Assembly (NCBI GenBank): GCA_965112735.1
Contig: OZ218955.1
Span: forward strand, 3,906,001 to 3,970,000
Length of the DNA stretch: 64,000 bases
Origin: Phaeosaccion multiseriatum
Lineage: Eukaryota > Protista > Ochrophyta, other classes
Direction of reading: 5' to 3'
Shown: in pieces, positions 12,701 to 26,264 of the stretch
Layout: the number at the start of each line of letters is the position of its first letter
Position numbering within the stretch: the stretch's first letter is position 1
Notes under the pieces: model-generated
What the model was told of the DNA's origin: nothing
Seen by the model: only the letters and a program-made list of their open reading frames with translations
Databases searched by the model: none
Translations under genes and position numbers: made by a program

Positions 12701-15700
12701 GTATCTAAACTCACACGCCGCATTTCTGTCCCGGTGGCACCATCCACTGCCTCGGACATGATCATTCATGTTACCTCACACCTCACCATCGCATCCCTCA
12801 CTCCTCGTCTCTTGCCGTTACGCTTTGTGGTGCTGTTGTTGCCCGTCACACATCCCCCCGTCCATCCACTGCCATCCCCCCTGTAGGTGCTGCAAGCCTC
12901 CGCGGCCACCCTGTCTGAGGCGAAGGTGCGCACCGTGAACTTGATGTTCCTCAGGGAGCAGAAGCAGCCCAGGTACGACCGCTACTCGTAGTGTAGGGGA
13001 GCTCTACTTGTAAAGTGGGGGAGGTCTATTCTTAAATGGAGGGGAGGCACCTTTTCTCCCCCCCTCGGATCTCGCTTTGAGCTCGCTTTTTCCTCACATG
13101 TTGAAACGCAAACCCCACCCCCCTCGTCCACTGCGCCCCTCACGCCCACCCCCCCCCCCCCCCATCCACTGCCATCCGCCACCAATGCAGGTACCTGACC
13201 TTCAAGGACTGCGACGGTTTCAAGGAAGACCCGATCCGCCGCGACATGCGAGACTCCTTCCCCTACATCTTCGAGCTGACCCGCATGTCCCTGAACTACA
13301 ACCTCGAGAGGATGGGAGCCGTGGGCCGCAACAATCAGATCTTCCTCGGCACCGAGAAGGGCGCCGCACCGAGGAGGGGCCCCAAGCCGCAGACGCTCTT
13401 CCTCCGTGCCATCTCTCACCGCAGCGAGACGTTCCAGATCGAGGGCAGCGATCGCGCATTGTTGACGGCGTTGGATGAGCTCGAGAGGGCCATGCAGGAC
13501 CCCAGGGTGAGTGAGTGGGTGGGGGAGGCAGGGACGGATGAATTGAAGTTGAACACAAGCCTTGCGTTCCTGTCCATCAAGATCCCATCTATCCATCCCT
13601 CCACTGCCATCCATCCATGCTTGGGTCTGCTCTTCGTGTGTGCGGGTGGGTGTCTCCCACCACCCCCCCAACGACACCTTTTGAATTCTTTCATGCCTAA
13701 TCCACAATGCCCAACTTCATGCCCAATGAATCGATGCTGCAGGTTTCCCCCACGGCGTCTGCGCGTATCTTCCTGCACATGATGCCTCAGCTCGAGGCAG
13801 AGCCGCAGGAGGTTCTCGCCCAGTTCAAGGTAAGACACAGTTACAGTCAGTAAGGCAGTGGAAGGATGGCAGCTAATGGGAGGCTCGGAGACTCTGCCTG
13901 GGTCGGGCCATTGGCTGCGGCTTGAAGGTCTTGAGTTGAAGGCAATGAAACGAATACGCCTAGCCTCTCCTCCCCTCTAACCCCCTCCCTCCCTCCCTCC
14001 CCCTTCCCCAACAGAAATCCATGGCCGCCCTCATCTCCCGACACGCCACGCGTCTGTTAAGCCTTCGCATCGACGAGATTGAGGTCAAGCTCCGCGTCAA
14101 GACCAAGTCCAACGGAGTGCAGCCCATCCGCCTCATCGCCTCCTCCATGAGCGGGGAGTGGCTCAGGCCTGACGGTTACAACGAGGAGGTGGATCCCGTA
14201 ACCGGCGTGACGAAGCAATTCTGCACCATCGACTCGGAGGATGGCATGTGCCTGCCCGCCCCTTACCCCACCAGCAGCAAGGTGCAGCTGAAGCGAGCGG
14301 CGGCAAGGAGGGTCGGATCGACGTATGCTTACGACTTCCTGGGCCTTATGGAAGTGACGCTGGTGCAGGACTGGCAGAGGTGAGCAGGAGCAGGGGAGGG
14401 AGAGGGAGGGGAACAGGAGCGGCATTGCCATTGCCATTGCACGTGTGCGTGCCTCTCACTTTCTCACTTTTCTCACTCACTCCCTTCCTCCTCCGCTCCC
14501 TGACACCAGGTACTTGGAGGCCCTGCGCATGTCGAGCGCTGAGCCCCCCTCTCTGGAGATGCCCTCCAACCTACTGGAGAGCGATGAACTCGTACTCAAG
14601 GTGAGGAGCGAAACCTTACGTAGGTGTGCTTACGTAGGCATCAGACCCAACATCGTAAATACGGTTACATGATGCACTTGCGACCACAGTACAGGAGGTC
14701 CACTCACAATTGCATCTTACGTGACCTTACGAAACAGGAGGACGGGACTCTGGTGAAGGAGTTCCGCATAGTGGGGTCCAACGAGATCGGCATGCTCGCC
14801 TGGCACATCAACATGAAGACCCCCGAGGTGCGATGGGTAGATTGGTAGATATGCAGGCCACTCGCTACTCAGTACCAAGGGGAAGAAAGAGCCTGTGTAT
14901 GTGTGTGTATGTCTCCCTTGGCTCTGTGTATGTGTCTGTCTGTCTCCCTTGGCTCTGTGTATGTGTCTGTCTGTCTCCCTTGGCTCTGTGTATGTGTCTG
15001 TCTGTCTTCCTTGGCTCGGTGGTTGTCTCTCTCTCTCGAGTCCTTCCTCACAAATACAAACTCACACACACACTCCCTCTGTCTCTATCTCTCTCTCTCT
15101 CTCTGCCTGCCATCCCCTGTGCTGCTCAGTACCCCGAGGGGCGCGAGGTGGTGATGATCTCTAACGACGTGACGTTCCAATCGGGGTCCTTCGGAGTCAA
15201 GGAAGACGACTTCTTCAAGGTGAGCAGGCATTCACTGCACTCAATTATATACACGTCATCACTGCACCATTTGCATACACAACCTGGTGTCAGGCAGAGA
15301 GGGCACAGAGCCCTATATATCTGATTGATGTGCTTGTTTGTCGCGGCATGTTCTCTCCCCTCACGTCCCCTCGCCTCCCTCCCTCATGCCCATACGCCTC
15401 CACCAGGCCGCCTCTGAGTACGCCCGAGAGCGCAAGCTGCCCCGTATCTACATGTCCTCCAACTCGGGGGCAAGGATTGGGCTCGTCGAGGAGCTCAAGC
15501 CCAAGTTCAAGGTAGGTGTTGGGTATCCGATACCCAATCGGACCCAACAGTGTGAGGGTGGAGCGTTGGGTGTCTGTTGATTGAGGGGGGTGCGAAGGCT
15601 CTTCGGACTTGTGTAATTATTGTATGTCCTCTTCCTGGCCTTTTCACTGAGGACCCCTCATCGTGCCCCCCTTGCAGGTCCAATTCAACAACGAGGACAA

Positions 15701-18700
15701 CCCCACGCAGGGCTTCAAGTACCTGTACCTGACCGAGGAGGACTACAAAGAGCTCGAGGAGGGCAGCGTCAACGCAGAGAAGCTCGAGGTGGACGGCGAG
15801 ACTCGGTACAAGCTTGACGACATCATCGGGCAGGTGGGTGGTGGGGGCGTGGGAGATGGCAGTGGATGGGGACTGGGACTCACTCACTCACTCGCTCACT
15901 CACCTTCTCTCGCTCTCGCTCTCGTGTGAAGCACTCAACTCACTTGGTGGGAGATTCAGTAAGTCAGTAAGTCAGTCGGACCTAAACTTCCTTCCCTCCC
16001 CTCCCCTCTCCCCTTAGGTGCACGGCATCGGAGTGGAGAACCTCCGCGGCTCCGGCATGATCGCGGGAGAGACGTCTCGGGCATACGACGAGGTGTTCAC
16101 TCTCTCTTACGTCACCGGCAGATCGGTGAGGACAGGGAGGGGAGTGGGGGTTGAGTCAGTGGGCATTCGATAGCTCTGAGTATTCGACTCTCGCTCTCTG
16201 TCTTGCTTTTCTATACTCACTTCACACCTGCTCTGCTCTGCTCATGCTCGGCTCGACTCACAGGTTGGCATCGGCGCGTACCTCAACCGCCTGGGGCATC
16301 GCATCATCCAAATGAAGCAGGGCCCCATGATCCTCACGGGCTTCGGTGCGCTCAACAAGTTGCTCGGCAAGGAGGTGTACACCAACCAGGACCAGCTCGG
16401 AGGACCCCAGGTGTGTCGGGGGGGGGGGGCAGTTACAGTTTGATTATTCGATGTTAATATCGATGTCGATATAGACCAGCTGCAGATCATTCAATTCACT
16501 CTCTAGACTATGGGTGGAGGCGGGGTAGGGTAGGTGGTGTGCTTGGTCATCACAGTTGGCTTGGCTTCAGCTCTTGTTTCCTGAATGCCCCCCTACACAA
16601 CAGCACAGAGCACACAACATATCTACCGCCACCATTCAATTGGCCTCTCATGCCTTACATCCATCCCCTTGCCTCCCTCCCCTGCCTGCAGATCATGGCC
16701 CCCAACGGCGTGTCCCACCTCGTGGTGGAGAACGATCGCGAGGGCGTGGCGCAAGTGCTCAAGTGGCTGTCCTTCGTGCCCAGCACGGCCGACGCACCCC
16801 CCTCGCAGCTGCACGTGACAGACCCTGTGGAGCGCGCCATCGGCTTCACTCCCTCCAAGAGCCCTTACGACCCCCGCAACATGGTCGCCGGAATGGTACG
16901 TGCGTACCTACGTACATGTGTGCGTCGTGTGTGTGTGTGTGTGTGGGGTGGGTGTGTGGTGCTGCCGTGCGCGGTGATATTGTACGAATCACAATGGAGT
17001 TTGGGCGACACAACATGATGCCGCTCTCTCTCTACTCTATCGTCATTATGTCGCACTGTTCGCTTCCTGACTGCCCCCCTCCCTACCACCCTCCCCTCCC
17101 CTCCCCTCCCCTCTCCTCCATACCTCAGAGCGCTCCCGACGGGTCCTTCGTGAGCGGCTTCTTCGATAAGAACTCTTACCAGGTAGAGGCATACGGGTCA
17201 AAGCGCGAGCACTAGCACTCACACTCCCTCCCCTCCGGTAACCGTTGGCAAACGGGTCAAGAAGTCAAGCAAGACCTCACCCCTTTCTCGTCCCTCTCCC
17301 CTCCCTCCCCTCCCCTCTGCAGGAGTACCTCGCCGGCTGGGGCAAGAGCGTGGTCGTCGGCCGTGCTCGCCTCGGAGGCATCCCCGTGGGTGTGATCAAT
17401 GTGGAGACCCGCCTGTCGGAGCAGCGCATCCCTGCCGACCCTGCTAACCCCGACTCCAGGGAGCAGATCCTGCCCCAGGCCGGACAGGTGTGTGTGTGTG
17501 TGTGTGTGTGTGCGTGTGTGTGGGGGGGGGGCGGGTCTTGCACGAGGCATTACAGGCGGTGGAGGTGGGAACAGATCGCACGCAGAAGACCAGAAAAGAA
17601 GAGCACCTCTGACCTGCTGACTTACTGGCTGTGCATCTGACCTCTGGCCCTCCCTTGACTGCTTGCTCTCCATTTATGTCCCACCATGGCGGTGCTTTGT
17701 GTGCTGACTCTCTCCCCCTTGCGCAGGTTTGGTTCCCAGACAGCGCCTACAAGACAGCCACCGCCATCCGCGACTTCAACCACGCGGAGAACCTCCCCCT
17801 CATGATCTTTGCCAACTGGAGGTCAGTCGGTGGGGGGCAGTTGTGGGGCATCCTTCCTCCCTGTCTCTTCCCCTCTCTTTGTAACTTCCTGTTTCTCTCT
17901 CTCCTTCTCTCTTAGTGATGTTCCTCTCTCTCTCTCTCTCATCTATCCACGCCTATCTCCCATCCTCTCCCCTCTTGCCCTGTCTCCTACAGAGGCTTCT
18001 CCGGCGGCACTCGTGACATGTACGGCGAGATCCTCAAGTTCGGAGCGCAGATTGTCGACGCCCTCGTGGAGTACAAGCACCCCGTGTTTGTGTACATCCC
18101 GCCCGGAGGAGAGCTGCGAGGCGGCGCGTGGGTGGTCATCGACCCGACCATCAACGAGGATGTCATGGAGATGTACGCAGACGTGGACAGTCGTGGAGGT
18201 ATTCTCGAGCCGCCCGGTATCTGTGAAGTCAAGTTTAGGTCGGCGGAGCAGGTGCGTGCGTGCGTGGGTGCGTGGGTGCGTCCGTGGTGGTGTGTGTGTA
18301 CCTGCGTTATCTCCCGAGGGCTTCGATGGACCATATCATCGTCCTCTTCCTCTTCCTCTCTTCTGTCGCGGGTCCATGTGTCCATACGCCTCTCACGTTC
18401 CAAAGTATGCCTGCCCATATGCCTGCTCATGCGTCTGCCTGCCTGCCTTCGATCCCTGAGCTCATCAACATCCCCTCCCTGCCCGTATGCCTGTATGCCT
18501 GTATGCTTGCCTCACTCACTCACAGGTGTCCAAGATGCACAGCACCGACCCCACCTTGATGCAACTCGACGCCGAGCTGGAGAGCTGCGCCAACGCCGAC
18601 GACTGCGACGAAGTACGAGCCAAGATCAAGGCCAGGGAGAAGACGCTGGCGCCCATCTTCACGCAGGTGAGCGGCGAGTGCGTGTGAGGGGTGGAAGGGC

Positions 18701-19458
18701 CACTACTCCACTACGTGCCCCTTTTTGCTTTTGAAGCACGGAGGGGGAGGTCCCTACCTACATGCCCCAAGTCACAAGTCACCGATGGAGAATGGCCCCC
18801 TTTTTAAGCTGGCTCGATCGTGCTTGCTCCTCCTCCCCGACTGACCTCCCTCCCTCCCATACGCCTGCCCCTTGTATACTGCCCATGTGATTGCAGATTG
18901 CGCATGAGTTCGCGGACCTGCACGACCGCGCGGGCCGCATGAAGGCCAAGGGAGTGGTGCGCGACGTCGTCTCTTGGAGCAAGTACGTAGTGTTACGTAT
19001 GGGTTACAGTACCACCGCCCCCCAGCAACCCTCTCATTCTTGTTAATGCCACCCACACAGCACTCATACATACATACATACACACGCGTGCACACACACC
19101 CGACGATGAATGTTCCCGCTGACCCCCCCCCTTCCCTCTCGTCCCTCCCCTCTCTCTCAGCGCTCGTGAGTACTTCTACTGGCGACTGAAGCGCCGCCTT
19201 GCCGAGGACAAGATGCGTAAGGCCTTCCGCACCGCCGACGCCGCCATCACGAGGGACACCGTCACCAAGGCTCTCATGTCCATGTGCCCGGCTGACTGGG
19301 ACGACGACAAGGCCGTCATCGAGTGGGCGGAGGGAGCGGACGAGCAAGTGGCCAAGGAGGTGGGGAGGGTGAGGCTCGGGGCCGTCATGAGGGATCTTGC
19401 CGTTACGCTCAGCGGCCTCAGTGAGGAGGATAAGGCAACCATCATGGACAGCATGTGA
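4949..19458 (+). CDS. ACC: Plastid-targeted homomeric (multidomain) acetyl-CoA carboxylase, ~39 exons
   Basis: Exon 1 (4949-5000) plus exon 2 (from 5628) give [25 protein letters not shown] motifs: [57 protein letters not shown]. Biotin site: EVEAMKM (~10140). CT motifs: [47 protein letters not shown]. Stop at 19456-19458. Confidence 0.97.
12490..12740 (+). other. Non-low-complexity structured insert in an ACCase intron (SINE-like or ncRNA candidate)
   Basis: (AGAT)n-like tract at 12490-12518 followed by unique sequence. It contains a 10-bp hairpin, GAGAGTGGCG-GTTT-CGTCGCTCTC (12638-12661), and further stems at 12672-12731. Confidence 0.35.
14895..15015. repeat. ~31-bp intronic minisatellite (~3.5 copies)
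   Basis: gtctcccttggctctgtgtatgtgtctgtct repeated in tandem. Confidence 0.85.
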
Positions 19459-20646
19459 GGATGATGGTGAACAGAGCAAAGCAGGGCATATGGGCATAGG
19501 GTATAGCGTGTTGGGACTGCTGAGCCGTGGGGGGGAGGCAGGAGGATAGGTCGTGCGTGAGTGCGCTTGGGTGTTGCGAGGATGGAGGAGAAGGGACAGA
19601 AGAGACTATTAGAAAGGGCAGGAGGGCGTACCAGAGAGCGAAGCGCTTTGTTCAGTACTCCGACGACGACGAAGAGGAGGAGGAGGAGGAGGAGGAGGAA
19701 CGGCGGTTGGACTTGACTGGTGGCGGCCTTGATGGAGGGGAGGGGAGGGGAGGGGAGGGGAGGGGAGGGGAGGGAACTGGGACACATCCCTCGATGCGGA
19801 TGGGAAGCAAACGTAACTGCCTCTGCCCCCTCTTGGGCGCCGCTATTGGTAGGATGGGGAGGTGATGAGTGTGTGGAGAGAGACGACAAGAGCAAGCAAG
19901 AGGATAGGTAGGCCCGTCTATACACAGGTGTACAGGCCGCTACGGTGTGGGAGATAACCGAGAATAGAAAGCAGCCGTGGCGGGGCGCAGGGGAGCCGCG
20001 CTGTATGGGCTCGCGTCGAGGGTTTATTGAGTTTCACGTGTGTGTGGCGGGCTGGGCGAGGCGATTCGAGGGTCGAGTAGAGGGAGGGGCTCAGCAGCGA
20101 AGGCGTGATGAGGAGGGGTAGATGGCTGCTCTAGCCCATTAGTACACACAGGCTTTGAGTTTGAGGCCGGTCATGGCGCGCTTGCTTCGTTACAGGGGTG
20201 CACAATTAGTTAATTTCGATATTTATATAAGTAATCAATAGAAGCTGACGTTACGTTGTTGAGGGCCTGTGCCCTTGGGATAGGCGGATGGATCCCCGGG
20301 GGACACCTCTTCACACCTGTTCGCTGCCGATTGGGTCGCCAGTGTATAGGAAGGGAGGGGAGAGAGAAAGCCACCCGAGCAAACACTCGCTTCACTGCTT
20401 TATTCAGAGGGCTTTGAGCAGAAGGAGGAGGTTCTCAATAAACAGATCTTAGTAGCTGAGAGTCTCGTGCGTGTGTTGTTCTGTGCGGAAAATCCTCACT
20501 CCTCCTCCTCATATTCATACCAACTGTCATGTACAGTTGTAGCTCATTGTGTTTATTGACTTACAGGTCCTTTCCTCTTCAAAACCCTCGCGGAATCTTG
20601 CCTAGGGGAACATGGGATGGATAGATGCATATGCGCGAGTCACTAG

Positions 20647-21043
20647 ATGATAGAAATGAATGCGCTTCTGCTGGTGTGGTTGGTGGTAGCATTGGTGGTA
20701 CCTGCAGCAGGCAATGTAGGTGTCGCGAAGAAGGTGGGGTTGGTGGCAAATGCAATTGAGATGGAAGCTCAGCTGCGAGCAGAGGTGGAGGCCACTTACG
20801 GTATCCCCGAGCTTTTCGCGGATGGGATGGACGTGACTGAGTTTGGAGTGGCGCTGCTGGAGGACCGCCTTCTCGGAGCGGTCATCAGGCAGCGGCCCTT
20901 CGTCACCGCATACACAGGTGAGAGTTGGCCCTGGTGGTTGATGGCTAGGGTACAGGGTGCACAGCTGCTACGCAGAGATTAAACACGGCTGGGCGGTCAC
21001 TCTCTCTCTCGCTCTCGCTCTGCGTCTCTCTCTCTCTCCCTCT

Positions 21044-21074
<31 letters not shown>

Positions 21075-23213
21075 CCCCTCATAGTAGAGGCGTTCTCTCT
21101 CCCTCCCTCAGATGCTCTCCCTTCTGTTAGCCTCTCATCGTCATGCATCTCTCTCCATGCAAGCAAAGCTCAACAACTTTGCTTGAAGGAAGGGGCGGGC
21201 GGGACAAGAAGTAATAATTCTCTCAAGCACCCCCCCCAACAAACACACTTGCTTCACTCCTCCTCACTCTCTCGAAGGGACATCCCTCACGGCTGTGCAC
21301 GGCCCCCCGGAAGGGGTCTCGGTGGGCTATCCAGCGGTGGCCCACGCGCTCATCTCCCCAGTGATGGAGAAGGCCGGCTCGGTGTGGGAGAGCAGGAACG
21401 CCGCGATTGGATTCAATCCTCCTGAGCCGTACTCAGGGTGTCTCGCGTCCCATGCAGGACGTGACGTGGACCTGCTCACGTGGGAATTCACCATCGTGTC
21501 TACCAGTGGCGGTGGCGTGAGCAAAAACCTAAACTCAAGAGTGTGTAACTCGGCCGTTCCCCCCGCTGTCGAACCTTTCCTCCGGCACGCTCTTTCGGTC
21601 AAGGACGGAGAGAAGGAGCCTCTGATCTTGTTTCTGGATGTGGATACGTGGTACCAGAGCGAGCGCTGCGATCGCCTGCCCTATCTGGGGATGATGACCG
21701 GCTTCTGCCCAGAGGAAAGGCGACGGAACGACACAAGGTACATAAGTTACCTTTGGGAGGCAGAGCCCAGCACCCTTTCCTTTCCGTTTTGCTTTCACTG
21801 GCAGCTGTCTGGGTGTGGCTGGGTCCTTGCTGATTGTTTACGGTACTCCCGAGCTGCGTCCTCCTCGCTCGCTCAATACGTGCGAATCGCTTCCTCTTCG
21901 GCTCTCTTCTCTCCGCCCCATCCTGCCTCTCCCCCAGCCCCCCCCCTGTCGACTTGATGAAGCGCTATAAGAACGCCGGCCTCGCGTTGGACAATCTGGG
22001 GCTTCTGGAGAAGTACGTGTGCCCCCTCCCTTCCAGTCGGAGAGAGGACCCGCTCTTTGTGACTGGCACCAGCGCTCACCCTACCACAGTCGGACACGCC
22101 CTCTACGGCAGCATGATCGGCTTGCACGTGCTGCAGGTGCTTGTGTCGGCTCTTATGCGTCTGGAGGTAGCCGCAGTGGCAGTGGTAGAGGCTCAGCGTG
22201 CAGGGGGCGACGCCTCCTTGACGCTGCCCCTCACTGTGGATGACCTGAGGGGCAACACGGCGCTGCAGGATCTACTTCTGACAGAGCTCGGCCTTTCGCT
22301 GTTGGACGCAACAGAGTTGAGGACAGAGGGTGACTTGGGCTCCCCAAGCGTTTGCCACAAACTCAGCGGTGGGCCGCGCCACTTTTGCGACAACCTCCGC
22401 TCCGACTGCTTCACCATGGTCCAGCCGCTGCACGGCGGAGCGAGGTTTGACCTTAGGAGATACATTGTCGATCTCGAGAGCACCACCTTGCTGGCGCAGG
22501 AGCGAGGGCCCGACGATGATCTCATCCGGCCTCGGACGGCGGTCACCGAAGCGGACTACGTGTACGGGAGGCCCATAGATGACAAATGGGCTGTGCTGAT
22601 GGCCGAGAAGAAGAGCAACGAGCCCAAAATACGGTGGGGTGAGAATGATCCCATCGGTAAGAAGGAGTTTCTTGCCTGGCTGCTTACTTGCTGCTTCGAC
22701 TCGTCTTCTCCTTCTTGTTTCATTCCATGCAGCAGCAGCGATGTAGCTTGTCAGTGCCCGCGGGCTCACGGGTGGGCGGTTCTCTCTTACTGCGTTCCCT
22801 TCGTAGTCTAGCTACGCCACACCTCGCTCGCTCGCCCGGTCTCACTCTCCCCCTCCTCCCCCTGCCCTTCCCTGTGGCCCCACCCCACAGACCACAAGTG
22901 GGCTCTCATGGGAGACGCGAGTGCAGGTCCTATCCGCTTCGCCTTCGAGGTTACGCAAGACCACACGCACTCCAGCGACAGAATACACATTTGCTCACAA
23001 ACGGGCGATGGCTTCGCCATGACGGATTTCCGAAACGTCGCGGAAGTGCGGGTGCTGCTGGACGGGGTCGAGGTGGTGCCCTCTCAGTCCACGGGGTGGG
23101 TGCCCTGCGTGCTTCTTGACGTGAGCACTGAGAAGGGGAGGCACGAGCTCGAGATTCGGCCCTTGGTCGTTGGGAAGTATACAGTTGTCACGCACATAAT
23201 CTTCCCCCAGTGA
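20647..23213 (+). CDS. Secreted SGNH/GDSL-hydrolase-like protein, copy 1 (4 exons)
   Basis: Signal peptide MIEMNALLLVWLVVALVVPAAG. Spliced block I FVTAYTG|TSLTAVHG; block II-like RNAAIG; block III-like DVDLLTWEF; block V-like HPTTVGH. All GT-AG introns splice in frame. Confidence 0.7.
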
Positions 23214-23410
23214 GAGAAAGAGCGCGTGAGCATAGAGTGTGTGTGTGTGTGAGAGAGTGATTCCTGTTAAGTCAACAAAAATGTCCCATTAGACTGAAGA
23301 AAAAACGCCAAAAAATGCGGGAATTTTTGTAATAAACCTCCCCGCGACTAAAGAAAGAATGACATGGGATGGATAGATGGATAACAGCATAGGCACGAGT
23401 TAGTCGCGAG

Positions 23411-25931
23411 ATGATAGAAATGAATGCGCTTCTGCTGGTGTGGTTGGCGGCAGCATTGGTAGCTCCTTTTGCAGCAGGCAATGTAGTTGTCCCGAAGAAG
23501 GTGGGGTTGGTGGCAAATGCAATTGAGATGGAGGCTCAGCTGCGAGCAGAGGTGGAGGCCACTTACGATATCCCCGAGCTGTTTGCGGATGGGATGGACG
23601 TGACCGAGTTTGGTGTGGCGCTGCTGGAGGACCGCCTTCTCGGAGCGGTCATCAGGCAGCGGCCCTTCGTCACCGCATACACAGGTGAGAGTTGGCCCTA
23701 GTGGTTGATGGCTAGGGTACAGGGTGCGTAGTTGCAACGCAAAGATTAAAAACGGCTGGGCGGTCTCTCTCTCTCTCTCTCTTTCCTCCGTCTGATTCTC
23801 TCCCTTCTTTCTGTCGGCCTCCTCCTGCTGCCTCTCGCTCATCGTCATGCATCTCGTCTCTCCATGCAAGCAAGCACCAAGCAAGCAAAGCTCAACAACT
23901 TTGCTTGAAGGAAGGGGCGGGCGGGACAAGAAGTAATAATTCTCACAAGCACCCCCCCCCCCCAACAATACACTTGCTTCACTCCTCCTCACTCTCTCAA
24001 GGGACATCCCTCACGGCTGGGCACCTCCTCCCGGAGGGGATCTCGGTGGGCTACCCAGCAGTGGCCGACGCGCTCATCTCCCCAGTGATGGAGAAGGCCG
24101 GCTCGGTGTGGGAGAGCAGGAACGCCGCGATTGGATTCAATCCTCCTGAGCCGTACTCAGGGTGTCTCGCGTCCCATGCAGGACGTGACGTGGACCTGCT
24201 CACGTGGGAATTCTCCATCGTGTCTGCCAGTGGCGCCGGCCCGACCAAAAGCCTAAACTCAAGAGTGTGTAACTCGGCCATTCCCCCCGCTGTCGAACCG
24301 TACCTCCGGCACGCTCTTTCGGTCAAGGACGGAGAGAAGGAGCCTCTGATCTTGTTTCTGGATGTGGATACGTGGTACCAGAGCGAGCGCTGCGATCGCC
24401 TGCCCTATCTGGGGATGATGACCGGCTTCTGCCCAGAGGAAAGGCGACGGAACGACACAAGGTACATAAGTTACCTTTGGGAGGCAGAGCCCAGTACCCT
24501 TTCCTTTCCGTTTTGCTTTCACTGGCAGCTGTCTGGGTGTGGCTGGGTCCTTGGTTGTTTACGGTACTCCCGAGCTGCGTCCTCCTCGCTCGCTCAATAC
24601 GTGCGAATCGCTTCCTCTTCGGCTCTCTTCTCTCCGCCCCATCCTGCCTCTCCCCCAGCCCCCCTGTCGACTTGATGAAGCGCTATAAGAACGCCGGCCT
24701 CGCGTTGGACAATCTGGGGCTTCTGGAGAAGTACGTGTGCCCCCTCCCTTCCAGTCGGAGAGAGGACCCGCTCTTTGTGACCGGCAGTAACCCTCACCCT
24801 AACGCAGTCGGATACGCCCTCTACGGCAGCATGATCGGCTTGCACGTGCTGCAGGTCCTTGTGTCAGCTCTTATGCGTCTGGAGGTAGCCGCAGTGGCAG
24901 TGGTAGAGGCTCAGCGTGCAGGGGGCGACGCCTCCTTGACGCTGCCCCTCACTGTGGATGACCTGAGGGGCAACACGGCGCTGCAGGATCTACTTCTGAC
25001 AGAGCTCGGCCTTTCGCTGTTGGACGCAACAGAGTTGAGGACAGAGGGTGACTTGGGCTCCCCAAGCGTTTGCCACAAACTCAGCGGTGGGCCACGCCAC
25101 TTTTGCGACAACCTCCGCTCCGACTGCTTCACCATGGTCCAGCCGCTGCACGGCGGAGCGAGGTTTGACCTTAGGAGATACATTGTCGATCTCGAGAGCA
25201 CCACCTTGCTGGCGCAGGAGCGAGGGCCCGACGATGATCTCATCCGGCCTCGGACGGCGGTCACCGAAGCGGACTACGTGTACGGGAGGCCCATAGATGA
25301 CAAATGGGCTGTGCTGATGGCCGAGAAGAAGAGCAACGAGCCCAAAATACGGTGGGGTGAGAATGATCCCATCGGTAAGAAGGAGTTTCTTGCCTGCTTA
25401 CTTGCTGCTTCGACTCGTCTTCTCCTTCTTGTTTCATTCCATGCAGCAGCAGCTATGCGGCTTGTCAGTGCCCGCGGGCTCACGGGTGGGCGGTTCTCTC
25501 TTACTGCGTCCCCTTCGTAGTCTAGCTACGCCACACCTCGCTCGCTCGCCCGGTCTCACTCACTCTCCCCCTCCTCCCCCTGCCCTTCCCTGTGGCCCCA
25601 CCCCACAGACCACAAGTGGGCTCTCATGGGAGACGCGAGTGCAGGTCCTATCCGCTTCGCCTTCGAGGTTACGCAAGACCACACGCACTCCAGCGACAGA
25701 ATACACATTTGCTCACAAACGGGCGATGGCTTCGCCATGACGGATTTCCGAAACGTCGCGGAAGTGCGGGTGCTGCTGGACGGGGTCGAGGTGGTGCCCT
25801 CTCAGTCCACGGGGTGGGTGCCCTGCGTGCTTCTTGACGTGAGCACTGAGAAGGGGAGGCACGAGCTCGAGATTCGGCCCTTGGTCGTTGGGAAGTATAC
25901 AGTTGTCACGCACATAATCTTCCCCCAGTGA
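23411..25931 (+). CDS. Secreted SGNH/GDSL-hydrolase-like protein, copy 2 (4 exons)
   Basis: Near-identical tandem paralogue with GTSLTAGH, RNAAIG, DVDLLTWEF and HPNAVGY. Same intron positions, reading frame intact. Confidence 0.7.
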
Positions 25932-26264
25932 GAGAAAGAGCGCGTGAGCATAGAGTGTGTGTGTGTGTGTGTGTGCGTGAGAGAGAGTGTGTGGGTGTGA
26001 GAGAGTGTGTGTGGGTGCGTGAGAAAGTGTGTGTGTGCGTGAGAGAGAGTGTGTGTGGGTGTGGGAGAGAGTGTGTGGGTGCGTGAGAAAGTGTGTGTGT
26101 GCGTGAGAGAGAGTGTGTGTGGGTGCGTGAGAAAGTGTGTGTGTGCGTAAAGAACAAATGTTTACTTATGTTTGTTGTTACTTATCTGCTGACAGTACTT
26201 CATTGTCCTGTCTAAGACCAAGAGCCCCTCTGTGCTGAAATGAAAAGGCTTCGAGCAGACGAAC

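Larger units (their letters stand above)
20600..25985. repeat. Recent tandem segmental duplication, unit ~2.7 kb
   Basis: About 20600-23260 aligns with about 23360-25985, including introns and the 3' flank gagaaagagcgcgtgagcatagagtgtg. Confidence 0.95.
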
